Source: Eledone cirrhosa (lineage: Eukaryota). From it: DNA of 64,000 nt. The notes under the pieces were generated by a model. It was not told the DNA's origin. It made no database searches and was given only the letters and a program-made list of their open reading frames with translations. The stretch's first letter is position 1. Each line of letters opens with the position of its first letter. The stretch lies in the NCBI GenBank assembly GCA_964016885.1, contig OZ024740.1, positions 76,012,001 through 76,076,000 on the forward strand, written 5' to 3'. Made by a program: the position numbers and the translations under genes. Below, one piece after another: positions 1 through 13,705 of the stretch.

Positions 1-639
1 CGTGAAAAGAGATTAGGATTTTATTTGCTTTAACATATGTTTCTGTGTCTATTTTAAATTGTCTACATATGCTGACTACAATATATATTGTTCAATCATG
101 TGCAATACTTAATTATTTATCACACTTCTTCAGAAAGCTTATAATTGTGGAAGTGACTATCCACCATGTGGTACAATTCAGGAATGAGAAGAAGTTCAGT
201 ATAAAAATAGTATTTTCATTTAAGAAAATATTAGTCAAAATGACAATAAAAAATAGAATGAAATATTGTGTGATAGTAGAGAGAGTTAAGAGGAGAGGGG
301 GTGGGGGTAAAGAGTTTCACATTATCAATCTTTGTGCTGTTATGTGGAACAATTATTCTTTGACCATTGGTATGGGTGAAGGCTTTGATGTTTGCCATAT
401 ATGGTCACGAGGGTAGAGAGGATAGAAAGAGGAGAAGGTAGAAATTAAGAGTAGGATAGAGTGGATAGGGAGAAAGAGGAATTAAGAAATTGAGATTGTT
501 TTGAAGATTACTGAATTCTTTGGGTGAGTGTGAAAAGTTGAAATGCCACAAGAAATGTACTAAATAGGATGTAGTAAAATCTAGGTATTAGGAAATGTAC
601 TAAATAGGATGTAGTAAAATCTAGGTATTAGGAAATGAA

Positions 640-1270
640 TCTTGTTCTAGTCCAGTTTGTATTTAGTGAAGATTTTTAGAACCTTGTGTTTGCAATTAAC
701 CCCACCACGCTGGGAATTTAGAAGGTCCTTTCTGGTTGCTATTTCAATTACCTCCGCCAGCTATAATTCACAGGGGCGTCTTTCATTCCGGTATGGATGG
801 GCAAATTTCAGCACAGACCATTGTAGTGTGTATTCAATATTAGTGCGCTTCATATCCCAGATTATTTTTTTTGCTAGGGCCATAGATCTAGCTAAACTGG
901 GGTTTCTAAACGTGTGGTTGTGCACATACCATTTTTTCTTGAAAATATTCAAAGTGGCACCCACATATTTATATATTCCCAGTTTAGATTTGACCTCACA
1001 TTGATAAGTGATGTTTTTGTACAAACATTTACCCGATAACGGACATTGCTGGGATTTTTGCTGTTGCAATTTGTCTGTGTAGAGTGTTGTGGTTTCTTCT
1101 CAAGTTCTATGGTGGAGGTGTTATTCCGAGTATCTTGTTGCTCCGGATATGTGCATGGAGTAACTTTTATCAAGGACTGTTTCAACATATAGTGGTTATT
1201 GACTCAACAAGAGGTTTACTTCAGGAGATCGATTGTAGGGTGATCCTTAGAGTAGTTACTAAACAGCAAT
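640..1270 (-). mobile_element. Penelope-like element remnant, GIY-YIG endonuclease region (degenerate)
   Basis: ORF 761-1069 reads CPLSGKCL..YQCEV..YVGAT..FKKKWYVH..F..LAKKIIW.MK..LQWSVL..Y..C.L, the pattern of PLE GIY-YIG C-termini. It is frameshifted. A 40-bp tandem duplication lies at ~552-636. Confidence 0.7.
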
Positions 1271-1339
1271 GAAACATATGTAAAGAAATATGGTAGAAAA
1301 AAATCCTTCTGTATTGCTAATCTGTAAATCTTTATTTAG

Positions 1340-1394
<55 letters not shown>

Positions 1395-1424
1395 TATACT
1401 TACCTCCCCAATCCTCACATACCC

Positions 1425-1660
1425 TCCCCAGCTCACACTGTAAAGTGGTTGTGTAGGTGTCACGACACAAAGCACCCTGTACTCACTGTAAATGTGGTTG
1501 CCATTAGGAAGGGCATCCAGTCATAGAAACCAAGACAAAATCGGTTCTGTATGGGCAACACAATCATCTGACCTTGACTTGCCTCAAATAGGACAACCTG
1601 TCTAACCCGTGCTATCGTTGAAAATGGATGTTAAACAGTGATGATGATGATGATGATGAT
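1425..1660 (+). mobile_element. RTE LINE 3' UTR fragment with (GAT)n tail
   Basis: Matches the 3' UTR of the other RTE copies (cacactgtaaatgtggttg..ttaggaagggcatccag) and ends in (GAT)n. Confidence 0.75.
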
Positions 1661-1726
1661 TATATATATATATATATATCTTTATGTCTCTATATTTATA
1701 TTTACATACATATATATATATATATA

Positions 1727-2265
1727 TGAGGTGGTAACAAAAAGTTCCTGGACTAGTTATGTTTATAAAAACTAATATATTTACCTAAGTTTTAACATCA
1801 TCTTCTTCAAAATAGTCACTTTGCGCAGCAATACACCAGTTCCAGCATTCCGCCACTTTTGGAATCCGGCCTAGAAGCAAGTTTTGGACCTTCTGCAACT
1901 CACTCTGGATCATTGGCAACAGTGTTAAAACAGCAATCTTTGAGTTGCATTTTCAGCTTGGCAAAGAGATGGAAGTTTGCAGGTGCTAAATCTAGTAAAT
2001 AGGGCGGGTCTGGAAGTGATACAATGTTGTTTTTGGTGAGGAACTCACAAGTGAGGAGAGCTTGGTGGCAGTGTGCATTGTCATCGTGAAGAATCCAATC
2101 CTTTGTGCTCTTCAGATCCAGTCACTTTTACCAAATGTCCTCCTTCAAATGCATCAAAACGTTGCAGTAGAACTCTCAATTGATGGTCTGGCCTTGGGGG
2201 ATGAATTCTCGATGCACAATACCGTGGTTGTCGAAAAAAATCGATGAGCATGTTTCTTAACTGAG
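1727..2265 (-). mobile_element. mariner transposon remnant (transposase C-terminal part plus one end)
   Basis: The minus strand reads WILHDDNAHCH..PDPPYLLDLAPANFHLF..LK, a degenerate mariner HDNA / PYSPDLAP motif. The end sits in a TA run at 1727. Confidence 0.75.
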
Positions 2266-2279
2266 CTGCATCTCAGCCG

Positions 2280-2636
2280 TGCCTTCTTCAATGCAATGTT
2301 CTTTCTGCTCAGTGGGTGTTTTTTGTCATAACACCTACACAACCACTTTACAGTACAGACTGGACGCTCGCTTTTGTCATGACACCTACATGACCACTAT
2401 AGTAGCCTGGGCTCTTTTGTTGTGGCTCCAGGGGGAATCACCTTATAGAGGATGTTGGGAATTTGGGCGGGGTGGGGAAGATGCTTTGGGAAATTGAGGA
2501 CGTAGGTATAAGCGAGGTTTATGGGAGGGGAGATGGTAGGGAATGGTGTTGCCTACTAGGTATATGCCTCAGTCTCGGGTCTTCTGTAATACTTCATAGC
2601 ACCAGAGGTCACGGTCCTGTGTCATCACCTTAGTGA
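2280..2636 (-). mobile_element. RTE LINE 3' end remnant
   Basis: The minus strand encodes the RTE C-terminal TKVMTQDRDLWCY..KTR, followed by RTE 3' UTR motifs. Confidence 0.65.
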
Positions 2637-2820
2637 TTAACATGCTTATTTTATTGTTATTAATTAAATGTGTACATTTGTGTGCTTACCATATCTTGTT
2701 CTTGTTCTTATCCCTGTATGTGGTATTATATTCCTTAACTTGTTTTATAACATTTTGTGTTAATAGATCTATAAATAATCTATAAATAATCAAATGAGTC
2801 ATGAATTCTGGCCCACCCTG
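2637..2820. mobile_element. Tc1/mariner-type MITE (one TIR retained), inserted at TA in an RTE
   Basis: Ends gagtcatgaattctggcccaccctg followed by TA. Its internal part is the reverse complement of 51610-51735. Confidence 0.7.
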
Positions 2821-2828
2821 TAGTTGTT

Positions 2829-2976
2829 CATATACATGCATCATACAGTCTGCTTTTCATATACATGCATCATACAGTCTGCTTTTCATATACATGCATC
2901 ATACAGTCTGCTTTTCATATACATGCATCATACAGTCTGCTTTTCATATACATGCATCATACAGTCTGCTTTTCAT
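2829..2976. repeat. 29-bp tandem repeat x5 derived from RTE coding sequence
   Basis: Unit catatacatgcatcatacagtctgctttt. Its reverse complement is the RTE segment encoding MKxRLYDACI. Confidence 0.9.
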
Positions 2977-2997
2977 TTTGTGGGAAAAACCTTTTGT

Positions 2998-4712
2998 ATC
3001 ATCATCATCATCATCATCATCACCAACATTTAATGTCAATCTTCCACACTAGCATAGGTTAGACGGGAGTTGTCCCAATTTGAGGGAAGGTTGGTCGGCT
3101 GACTATGTCTCGCTCATAGGACTATCTGGCAGGTTTTCTACGGCTGGATGCCCTTCCTAACACCAACCACACTTACAGTGTGGACTGGGAACTTTTTACC
3201 ATGTTACCTACACGGCCACATTACAGCGTGGACTGTGTATTATTTTTGTCATGACACCTACACGATCTCGATCTCATTATCTCATTTATTTGGACTGGAT
3301 GTTGTGGTAACAACTTTACAGAGAAAGGGTGGTATTGGTGGGAGTGGAAGGATGGAGTAGGGGTAGTGGGTTGCGGTGTATATTTGGTTAAGAGGTGCCT
3401 ACTGACTGTAGGTTTCGCTTCATACATAGGCAAGGTTGGTCTTCTGTATTACTGCGTGGCGCCAAAGATCTCATTTCAGTGACATTGTCTTAGAGAGGTG
3501 CAAGTGTGTAAGGTCGGAATTTATCAAATCATCCCAGGTTTTACTGTGTCTACCTACTCCGTAACTTCCATCAATTTTGATTGCCCTGCACTTTTTTATA
3601 CAGCTGTCGTCTTTCATGCGCATCACGTGACTCTACCAACGTAGTCTTCTCTCAAGCAAACAGCATCTGATCCCTCTTATTCCTAATTTCTCACTTAGTT
3701 CATTTATGCTTTGCCGTTTGCAATAATAAATAGGAGAGGGCTAAGGACAGAGCCTTGATGAACACCAACTTTTACACTAAATTCATTGTTAATTCTAACC
3801 TTACTGACTGTTTCTTTATACATGGCTTGTATAGCTCTCACAAGCCATTCATCTACACCTAGTTTTCTAAGAGCCCACCAGATAATGGAGTGGGGGACTC
3901 TGTCAAAGGCTTTCTCCAGGTCTACAAAATCTAAGTAGAGGGGTTTACTTTTAGCTAGGTACTTCTCTTGTAGTTGTCGTACAACGAAAAGACCGTTTGT
4001 AGTACTTTTACCTGACACAAACCCAAACTGCATTTCATCTAGATCAATTTGCTCTCTGATTAGTTGCGCTATAACTCTTTCTGTGACCTTCATGAGCTGG
4101 TCAACTAACTTAATGCCTCTATAGTTTCCCCTATCTGGAGCATCCCCTTTACCCTTGTAGCAGTTAATGATGATGCTGCTATGCAAGTCTTTTGGTATGA
4201 CCCCATTCTGTATTACTTGGTTTACTATCCGGGTGACCATAGTATGTCCCACCATTCCAGATGCTTTCAACATCTCAGCAACTATCTCCGAATGCCCAGC
4301 TGCCTTGCCTGTCTTCATATCTTTGATTGCCTTACTTATTATACAACCGCTGGTCCTTCTATTGGATCGATTTGGGGCAGACTATCTTTTTCCCACTTAT
4401 TTTCCTCATTTAGTAGTCTCTCGTAGTGACACTTCCAAGCTACCTTCTTATCAGTATCAGTGATGGCAAGTACACCATTATCATTACGGACATACTTCTC
4501 CCCGACAATATCACGGTTTTCCTTGACATACTGTCTAGCAATCCTGAACACCTCACGTTTTTGGTCCTCACGTTGTAGAACATGCTTGAACTTTCTATCC
4601 TCTGCTTCCCTTTTTGCAAAGTACACTTGTCTCGTAGCTTCTCTCCTGGCCACTTGATAGTCTTCTCTACTTCCCCCATCCTGCCATACTTTTCAAGCCT
4701 GCTTTTTGGCCT
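2998..4712 (-). mobile_element. RTE (BovB-like) LINE, 5'-truncated, internally deleted, pseudogenised RT
   Basis: ORFs 4339-4653 and 3704-4318 carry RT motifs (NYRGIKL, QFGF, DLEKAFDRV, GVHQGSVLSPLLF). There is a deletion at ~3715 and a (GAT)n tail at ~2998-3022. Confidence 0.9.
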
Positions 4713-4950
4713 TGTATGTATATATATATTAAAAATATAGGGAAGAGAAGTTGTTGAGAGTGTAATTGGAGTCTTTGGGAAGATTTATTTGCAGTAGCTT
4801 TGTCAGTTTTGCCGTCTCATGATTTTCAAAACTTTTTCTCCATCTCTTAACTTTCGAAAATTATAAAACTGTGAAACTGGTGAGGTTGTAAATAAATTTT
4901 CTTTTGATTCCAATTGCATTTTAAAATTTCTTTTTCCTATATTTTTAACA

Positions 4951-6377
4951 TATACTAGCAGAATGGCCCAGCGTTGCTCGGGATTTGCTCTAGGGTTCTT
5001 ATATATTTGACATATATTTATCCTTATCGAGCCTCGTGAAATAAATATGTTTGTTTATATTTTGTTATTGTGTATGCAAAAATATATAATTATATATATA
5101 TTAAAATAACAGATTAAAGTTTAAGCAAAGAATCGCTGCTTTCACCCTTAACGGGATCTTCTGAAATTAAAAAAATCAATCTGTGAACGCAGAAGTAAAT
5201 ATTTCGAAAAACGTTACACACTATATATATATATATACCTCTAAAAGGTTCTCCCTAAAAATGAAAGGCAGGTTGTATGATGCCTGCACACGAACAGCAA
5301 TGTTGCATGGCAGTGAGACCTGGGCATTGTGTGCAGAGGATATACACAGACTAGAGAGGAACGAAGCTTGCATGCTCCGCTGGATGTGTAATAGTAATAT
5401 ACGTGAACGGCAAAGCATTAACGAACTAAGGGAAAAATTAGAAATAAGAGGGATCAGATGTTGTTTACTTGAGAGAAGGCTACGTTGGCATGGTCACGTG
5501 ATGCGCATGAAAGACGACAGCTGTATAAAAAAGTGCAGGGCAATAAAGATAGACGGTAGCCACGGAGTAGGCAGACCCAGAAAAACCTGGGACGACCTGA
5601 TAAATTCCGACCTCACACACTTACACCTCTCCAAGACAATGTCACTGGACCAAGATCTTTGGCGGTACTCAGTAATAGAGAAGACCCGCCTTGCCTAAAT
5701 ACGAAGTAAACCTACTACAGTCAGTAGGCATCTCTAACAAAATACGCCCCCGTCACACCACCCCCGCCCCTTTCAATGTAAAGTTACGTTGGTGCCACAA
5801 CATCCAGGCCGAAACAAATGAGATCGTGTAGGTGTCACAACAAAAAAACACACAGTCCACGCTGTAATGTGGCCGTGTAGGCAACACGGTAAAAACCTCC
5901 CAGTTCCACACTGTAAATGTGGTTGGTGTTAGGAAGGGCATCCAGCTGTAGAAAACCCGCCAGACAGTCCTATGCGAGCAAGACAACCACTCTTGCCTCA
6001 AGTGGGAAAACTCCCGTCCAAACCCATGCAAGCGTGGAACATGGACGTTAAACGATGATGATGATGATGATGACACACACTATATATACATGTATACACA
6101 CACACACACACACCATGTCATAATGTTGTAATGCAGACAGCCAGACATAGAGACAAATATCTATCTAAAAAGAGAAAGACTAAGAATTATAGCCAGAGAT
6201 CGCTAAATCGCCTAATGTAGTCCTTAGAGCATTGAAAATTTGAAATATTCTGTTCTCAAAACACTCGCAGGACCATAAGTATTACATGAATAAAGTTTGA
6301 AAACAATCGGTTGGGTGGTTCTCGAGTTTTAGTGAGCTGACAGACAGACAGACATTCTCTGTTTTAGATATATAGAT
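4951..6377 (+). mobile_element. Non-autonomous Helitron/Helentron-like (HINE-like) element with nested RTE fragment
   Basis: 5' end tactagcag..cccagcgttgctcggg; 3' end (caga)n..tttagatatatagat. The same end pattern recurs at 12153-14407. Confidence 0.55.
5238..6073 (+). mobile_element. RTE LINE 3' fragment
   Basis: ORF 5183-5698 (MLHGSETW..RRLRWHGHVMRM..GRPRKTW), followed by 3' UTR and a (GAT)n tail. Confidence 0.9.
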
Positions 6378-6564
6378 AATTGTTTCTACTTTTGGCACAA
6401 GGCCATCAATTACCCAGTACATTACTGGTACTTTATTTTATCGACCCCGTAAGGATGAAAGGCAAAGTTAACCTTGGCGTGATTTGAACTCAGAATGGCA
6501 AGGGCCGTAACTCTATACGTCAATGCATGGCGTCCGACCCTCTACCAATACTACCAATCCACCG
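6377..6564 (-). mobile_element. tRNA-derived SINE (~190 bp) with Deu/Nin-like central domain
   Basis: A-box tggtagtattggtagag, B-box gagttcaaatc, core gcctttcatccttacggggtcgataaa. TSD ATAGATAAT at 6372-6380 and 6565-6573. Confidence 0.85.
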
Positions 6565-8280
6565 ATAGATAATGTGAGTTCATGTAGTATATATATAACT
6601 GCGGGTTGTTGATTTGTTTGTAGTTGTTGTTTTGTGGAGATGCCAGACTAAGTGGTTAGGATATTGAATTTTGGCTGGCCATGTGTTCATATCTTGTCAC
6701 AGGTTTTGTGTCTCTGGGACATTGTCTCATATAGGGGTTCCTCCCTAATTAACCTTAATCCTTAATCACTGTCTTACCTTTATGATTTTATCTGATATTA
6801 CTTTAATTTTCTGAGTTATTCAACAAATTATGAGGTGTCATTTTTGTTTTTCTTTACACGTCCTTGTTTCTTTGTTCCTATTTATTAAAATAATATATAA
6901 ATGGTCAACAAATGTTTTTAGCTCTTAAAACAAAACATAAAAATATACTCTACTTTCGATTTCTATCTCAGCTTCAAATATACTGCTGTTGGTGTTTTAT
7001 GTGTTTCTATATAAAACCACTTTATCCTATATTACTATCTGAGAAGGTTTCCCGTAGCAGACCTGTAATGAGTCCTTATCAGAAATGTCTACATTGAACA
7101 AGTTTTTTTATATTATCCTTCCAAAAGAAAATTGCCATTAGAATCTGCCACATTATGACCACAATGGTGATGACATCTACTGGTATCATGTAACCCAGTA
7201 CAACCTGCTTCGTGGTTGAGTGGTCAGCTCCCACACCTGAGTCTGGTCTGATTAGGGGGATAAATGGAACCCCAGCAGCATAAAAAAACAAGAGCTATTA
7301 AAAAGGCAGATGAGTTAACTTCCATCCACCCCCCAACTATGAGTTAAATAGCCTCACCAACACACAATTGGCCAAGCATGGTGTGTATTGCTACATCCCT
7401 GACATAACCCTACCCCTCCAAAAAAGTGGTAGAGGTCAACCAGGAATGAGAAGGCACTGGATTGGATTGGTGATGACAGATCTGGTGTCTTTTGAAAAAG
7501 CCTTCAGTCTCTTCCTAGAACCATCTAAGCCATGTTCACTACATTGAATAGGTGTTGTCATTAAAATATTGGATTAAATGTCTTGTGGTATTTGTACCAG
7601 CTCTTTGTGTTCTGAGTTGAAATCTTGCTGAGGTCAACTTTCATCCTTTCGGGGTTAATAAAGTACCAGTCCAGGGCAGTGAGTGGATTGGCAGAATTGC
7701 TAAGGTGTTGGACGGGATGTCTTGTGGTATCTGTTCTGGTTCCATGTGGTCTATAGAAAGCTGGTGAAATCTGCACAAATGTGAGCTGTAGCAATAACAT
7801 TAAAAACTGGAGTCAAACACCAGTCATTGGTAAACAGAAGCCAATGTGTGTCATGAGCTGGGATATGCATAATTGAAGTAAAAAATGCTTTGTTTGGTTC
7901 AGTGGCTTATGTTTTATGTTAGATGTTTAGCTTCTTGAGACCTGTGTGAGCTTAAAATAGAATGTTATGTCATGCATACACTGTTGAGGCTCAACACTGA
8001 AATATCTTATGTGTCATGTCCTCTATGAACACTCACACAATGTGCTGTTTTATTGTGGGCTAAATAAAACATAAAATATATCACCCGTCCCACCTGGAAT
8101 GATATCTATGGTTAAATACTTCAGTATATATTATAATCTGACAGTTCTGTTACCTTTAATCTTGAATTTCAACAGACTTTGGCCTGTCTTGAGAAATTAA
8201 GGGTCATGGAGCATGAAGCTAACAACTTTATCTCCATTAATTAAAGCTTGTGCGACAATATTATTATTATTCCAGAATTG

Positions 8281-8465
8281 GCGGTGGATTGGCAGTATTG
8301 GTAGAGGGTCAGACGCCATGCTTTGACATATAGAGTTACGGCCCTTGCCATTCTGAGTTCAAATCCCGCTAAGGTTAACTTTGCCTTTCATCCTTACGGG
8401 GTCGATAAAATAAAGTACCAGTAATGCACTGGGTAAATGCTGGCCTTGTGCCTAAGGTAGAAATA
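8281..8465 (+). mobile_element. tRNA-derived SINE, full length
   Basis: Same family as 6377-6564, flanked by the ~21-bp TSD attattattattccagaattg. Mirror copy at ~49467-49652. Confidence 0.9.
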
Positions 8466-9913
8466 ATTATTATTATTCCAGAATTGTGCAGACTCACTAT
8501 AATCTTACTTCACTATCCTGATCTAGACAGTGCATCATTATAATATTAAATATGTTTTCATTCGCTGATAGTTTCGAGATTCTATGTGATTGCTTTTAAC
8601 TATCTAAACTATAATAAAGGAATGAGTGCGGGACTGCGTCCAGAATATATTTTTTTATCCCGTTTGTAAAATAAGTTGGATTACTTTGAATAAATAATAA
8701 ATGAATATTACATAATTTATCTACTAAATTTTGTTATTCTTCATTAAATATAAATAATATTGTTGCTTATTTTAAGATTCACTTCTTTAAAAATGTCAAC
8801 ACTTCCGGTTAGCGATCGCTTAAATAAACATTCATATATTTCCATCACTAATTTTCTCCTAATGCAGTTTATATATAATATCGTCTTTTTTAATGTATCA
8901 TGGATTACGTTACCGATTACATAAGACAGCGTAACGCAGTCTTCGTTCAATTTCTGTCTATGCTGTCAATTATGATTTTATTTGATGTATCATATCTACA
9001 TGTATATATACTTGCGTATAATATCAATATACACACTACACATGCTAGCAGAAAACCACCCGAAGGGTGGTATTTCTGCTAGTTAAGCTAATAATCGATG
9101 GTGAATGTTTTTATAATCTATTTTCATAAGATAGGAATTTATTTGGCTTATGGTAGGGACGGTAAAAGTCCATTATTTAGTTCGAAAGTTGCTTCCAGGA
9201 AATTCACAACCTCAATAGTTATGGTGATTCCATAATTCTTAAAGAACCTATGCAATAACGATTGAGTCTAACCATAAGGTCGTAAATTTCCTGGATATGC
9301 ATACTTAGAAATAGTTATGTAATAAACAAAAGAATTTTAGGGGAATATTAATATACAAACATAATTATGTCCATTTCTGGCTGTATCACATAGTGTCCCC
9401 ATTAATCAATTGTGATTTAGGGAGTCAAATATGAACTTATCCAAAACTAATTTGTTTAATCCTATAAAATAATTTCTAAGGTTAATTTTCCATGATGAAT
9501 TTTTGTTTGTCTCCTTCTTAAACCAAGATGTCAACATCCAACATTCGTGCGAAATACGAAACCCGACAAAATGTATTTGGTCTATATAGACTTGGTATTT
9601 AAGATGCATAATTAAATAACATATTCTGGTAATCTAATTTTTTCACCAATGACTATCGTTTTCTCACAGATGAGAATGAGCTGTGATCTTATTGAAATAG
9701 AGCTACATCTATAGATTGACTACATAAAACGAATTTTGTAACACTTTGAATAATTCGAGGTCATATCTCATTCGAAATGATTCTAAGGGAATAAATACGG
9801 TTCTTTGACGAAAGAAGATTAATTTCCCATTCATACCTTAGTCTATATTTGCTTTGCATTTATATGTATAACCACTCTTCCACGCTAATATCTCTTCTTC
9901 AAATGTTTATATA

Positions 9914-10691
9914 CAGTAATCCCCTGTTTATACGTACCAGAACCAACCACGATAAATGAAAATCCGCGATATAGAGAGACCCTAAATACAACTGTTGTTT
10001 TCATAGTTTAAGCCTTAAAATACCTCTCCTACATGCTTCAAGTACATATAAACTCATTAAAACACACTTCCGTATCCCTTTAGCATTTACATTACTCTAT
10101 ATATACTATTGTATGTTTGTGGGAAAGCCTTTACCTCACGTAATTATCTCACATAATATAGAATCTATGAGGTTTTGATATTATTTATTTTGAGAACAAT
10201 ACCTTAACATCAGTATAAGCAGCTGGTTACGGCCGGTTCAAAGAGAAAGATTGCCGGTTTAAATTCTAAAGGTTTAAAATACCTCTCCTTCATACTTTAA
10301 GTACATATAAACTCATTAGAAAACACTTGTATTTAAACACCAAAAACAGCCGGTAACTATTTTATAGAAACTACCACTGATTACCAATGAGGACCATTGC
10401 CAGCCATGGTAGCCACTTGGTAATAATACACTGCACATCTCCCGCTAACCTATGAAGGGTTTTTAGTAAAACAGTAATGAAACGAAAAATAAAAACATTT
10501 TTTATTGTTAAAGCCTTAAAGATGCCCCTTCCTTATGATATACACTTCAATCGAAACTTATTTAATAAGTTTAAAATTTAAACACTTTTTATTCAGACGT
10601 ATCGCGATAAGAAAATAGATATGTTCTAACGAAAAATCTGCAATGTAGCGGGATCGCGAAAAGTGAACCGCGATATAGTGGGGGATTACTG
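9914..10691. mobile_element. pogo/Tigger-like non-autonomous DNA transposon
   Basis: TIRs cagtaatcccc / ggggattactg flanked by TA; no transposase. Confidence 0.85.
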
Positions 10692-11024
10692 TATTATAAA
10701 AATGCATTGAGCTATTCCTTTCTCTTAAAAGCTGGTAATTACACTCTATAAGTTTAATTCTCTACTCTCCTTTGAGAATTGCTAATATAGTTCTAACTTT
10801 GATATATATACCCAGTGAGCGCTCTTTATATCTTTGTGTCTGACACAACTAGCACCTTAGAATGGATCTATATGAGCTGGATTACTCTTTGAAGAACATT
10901 CCCACTTCTTTTAACCATGTTTATTCTAAGCTTCTTCTTCCAAAAGCTGATGTTGTGAAACGCTTGACAATATATTTATATCTATATTTACTCCTAATTT
11001 ATATTTTTTCTTAATTTTTTCCTT

Positions 11025-11571
11025 AATGGAAACAGTGCACTTTTCATGTGAATGGAGTACCACTGAAGCAGGTAGAGAAATTGAAGTATCTCAGGGCCAT
11101 GGTCATGAGTGATGGAAGGCAGGAGGCTGAATTAAGTGCAGGAATTGCAAATGCTGGTACAATAATGCACCAGTTTCAACATTCAGTAATCAAAAGAAGG
11201 GAGGTAGGTGTAAAAGCCAAACTTGCTATCTTTAATTTGGTATTCATGCCAACCCTTACCTATGGTCATATATATATCTTGGATAATGTCCAAAAGAATA
11301 TGATCGTGAATACAAGCGGCCAAAATGAAGGGTCTTTGGAGTAACATTACTTGATAAAGTGCATAGCTCAGAGATCATAGTCACTCCAGGTAGAGCCGCT
11401 ACTTCTCTGAATTGAGAGATCACAGCTCCAATTCTATGGGCATGTGGTTAGAATGTCTGTTGAGCAAGATGGTTCAATAACATCCATGAGCTTGGCTGGT
11501 CTCGCTTGGGGATCCAGCTGGATCAGTTGGAGATGGTTGCCTCTGATGAAGAAGAAGAAGAAGAAGAAGAA
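11025..11571 (+). mobile_element. RTE-clade LINE 3' fragment (second family) with (GAA)8 tail
   Basis: ORF 11048-11344 (LKQVEKLKYL..SDGRQE..PTLTYGH); a short GAA tail follows. Confidence 0.7.
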
Positions 11572-12330
11572 ATATATTTATTAGTACAGATTAAAGTTTA
11601 AACAGAATTTCTGCTTCCACCTTATACACCGCTCTGTCGTGCCTGTTAAGGTGTTCAGTTGGAGCTATAGGATGACCCGAAAATATTTGCAAAAAATGAT
11701 GAGCAATTGCAAGGGCTATGAAGCAGTTCAGTGATGATATTAAAATAGAGTTTGGACTAGATCAAAGGTTCTCAACGGGGGGCATATGAAACCCTGGGGG
11801 CGTTTCGGAACTCCAGGCGGGCTTTTGGGGGCAAAGGTTCGTTGGGGGGGGGGCTTTGGGGCGCACTGGTAGGCTCTTTACTTTGGTAAGTTTTATAAGC
11901 CATATTTGTATGTCTCTGAGACAGCCAGTGTGAATGCATTTGAATGAGCATGCAGACAGCATAACTTATGGTCTGACTGCAGCTGTGAGCAGGTGTGCAG
12001 GTGTGTTTAGACATTAACCGGCAATTGAGATCCTAAAAATGGAAAAACCCAGTCAACTGGGTCAAGGACACTTTGAGCACAGCCAGTTAGAATCTTATAA
12101 ATTATTAACTCAACCGAAATGAGTTAACACTATGTAGATCTACTTTATTCCCTACTAGCAGATTTACCCGGCGTTGCCCAGGGTTTGAAATTATGCTAAG
12201 AATATACAGCTAGGAAGTAAAAGAAGAACATTATTTCTCCCCAACCTGTCAAAATATGCAGAAGTCTTCAATAATTAATGCAAACGAAGTATTTTATAGA
12301 TTTAATCGAATTACAATATTCTACGTTGAT

Positions 12331-13705
12331 GTCATCATCATCACCGTTTTACGTCCGTTCTTCCATGCTAGCATGGGTTAGACAGGTTGTCCTGTTGTGG
12401 GCAGTGTCTGGTCGGCTGACCATGCCTTGCTCATACAGGAACTGATTTTGGCTTGATTTCTACAGCTGGATGCCCTTCCTAACACCAACCTCATTTACAG
12501 TGTGGGCTGGGTGCTTTTTTGCTGTGGCACCTCCACGACCACCTTGCAGTGGGAGGGTGTGGGGAATATTGTCTATATGCTTCAGCTTGTACCCATAGGA
12601 GGTCGGGTATTCTATATTACTGCGTGACGCCAGAGTCCACGGTCGCCTTTCAGAGGTGTAATTGGGTAAGGTCGGCTTTTATCACCTCATCCCAGGTCTT
12701 CTTGGATCTCCCCACTCCGCGGTTTCCATTGACTTCTAGTGCTCTGCACATTTTTATGCAGCTGTCATCCTTCATACGCATCACATGTCCATACCAACGC
12801 AACCGCCTCTCCTGCACATAGCATTTGATTTCTCTTATGCTCAGTCTCTCTCTCAATTCATTTATGCTTTGTCGTTCGCGTATATTACTATTACACAATC
12901 ATCGGAGCATGCAGGCTTCGTTTCTTTCTAATCTACGTAAGTCTTCCACCTTCAGCGCCCAGGTCTCACTACCATGTAACATTGCTGTTCGGATACACGC
13001 ATCATACAGTCTGCCTTTCATTTTGAGGGAGAAGCCTTTTGCAGCTAGCAGTGGCAGTAGTTCCCTGAACTTCTTCCATCCCGTTCTTACCCTAGTTATT
13101 GTACTTTCTGAACACCCACCTCCGCTGCTAATTCGGTCACCTAGGTAGCAGAAGCTGTCTACTGTTTCTACAGAGCCCTCCCAGAGATTGGTGGTACTTG
13201 TTTCCTGTGGCTGTTTGCTGCTTGCTGTCCCAGCACAGCTGCTGCATGTGAAGTCTACATTCTTAATTAAGCTTCCTGAGATCCCGCTACATCTCGTGTA
13301 CCCATTGTTTGCATTTGGGGCAGAGAATGGAGTTCCTACCTACACCTTTCCTACATACTGAGCAAGGCCATTTCCCTGAGGGGATCTGGGTTCTGTTTTC
13401 TCGTCTACTTACAAGGACCTTAGTCTTTGTCATGTTGACTTTGAGACCCTTTCTTTCTAGTCCCTGCTTCCAAGTTTGGAATTTCTTCTCTAGTTCTACC
13501 ATAGATTCAGATATAAGTGCGAGGTCATCAGCATACAGGAGTTCCCATGGGCATCCGGTCTTAAACTCCTCTGTTATTGCCTGCAGGACTATGATAAACA
13601 GGAGAGGGCTAAGAACAGAGCCTTGGTGGACACCAACCTGTACGCTAAATTCCTCACTATACTCATTGCTAATCCTAACTTTGCTGACTGCTCCCTTATA
13701 CATGG
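12331..13705 (-). mobile_element. RTE LINE 3' fragment (pseudogenised)
   Basis: ORFs 13287-13703 (QGSVLSPLLF, LLYADDL, WPCSVC) and 12650-12898; (GAT)n tail at ~12331-12343. Confidence 0.9.

Noticed and set aside
2998-6073. A second palindrome formed by 2998-3700 and 5420-6073
   Set aside because: These are two separately inserted RTE 3' ends in opposite orientation. They are visibly diverged and their flanks are unrelated.
8281-8465. tRNA gene
   Set aside because: A/B boxes are present, but they are too far apart for a cloverleaf, and the sequence is multi-copy with TSDs, so it is a SINE.
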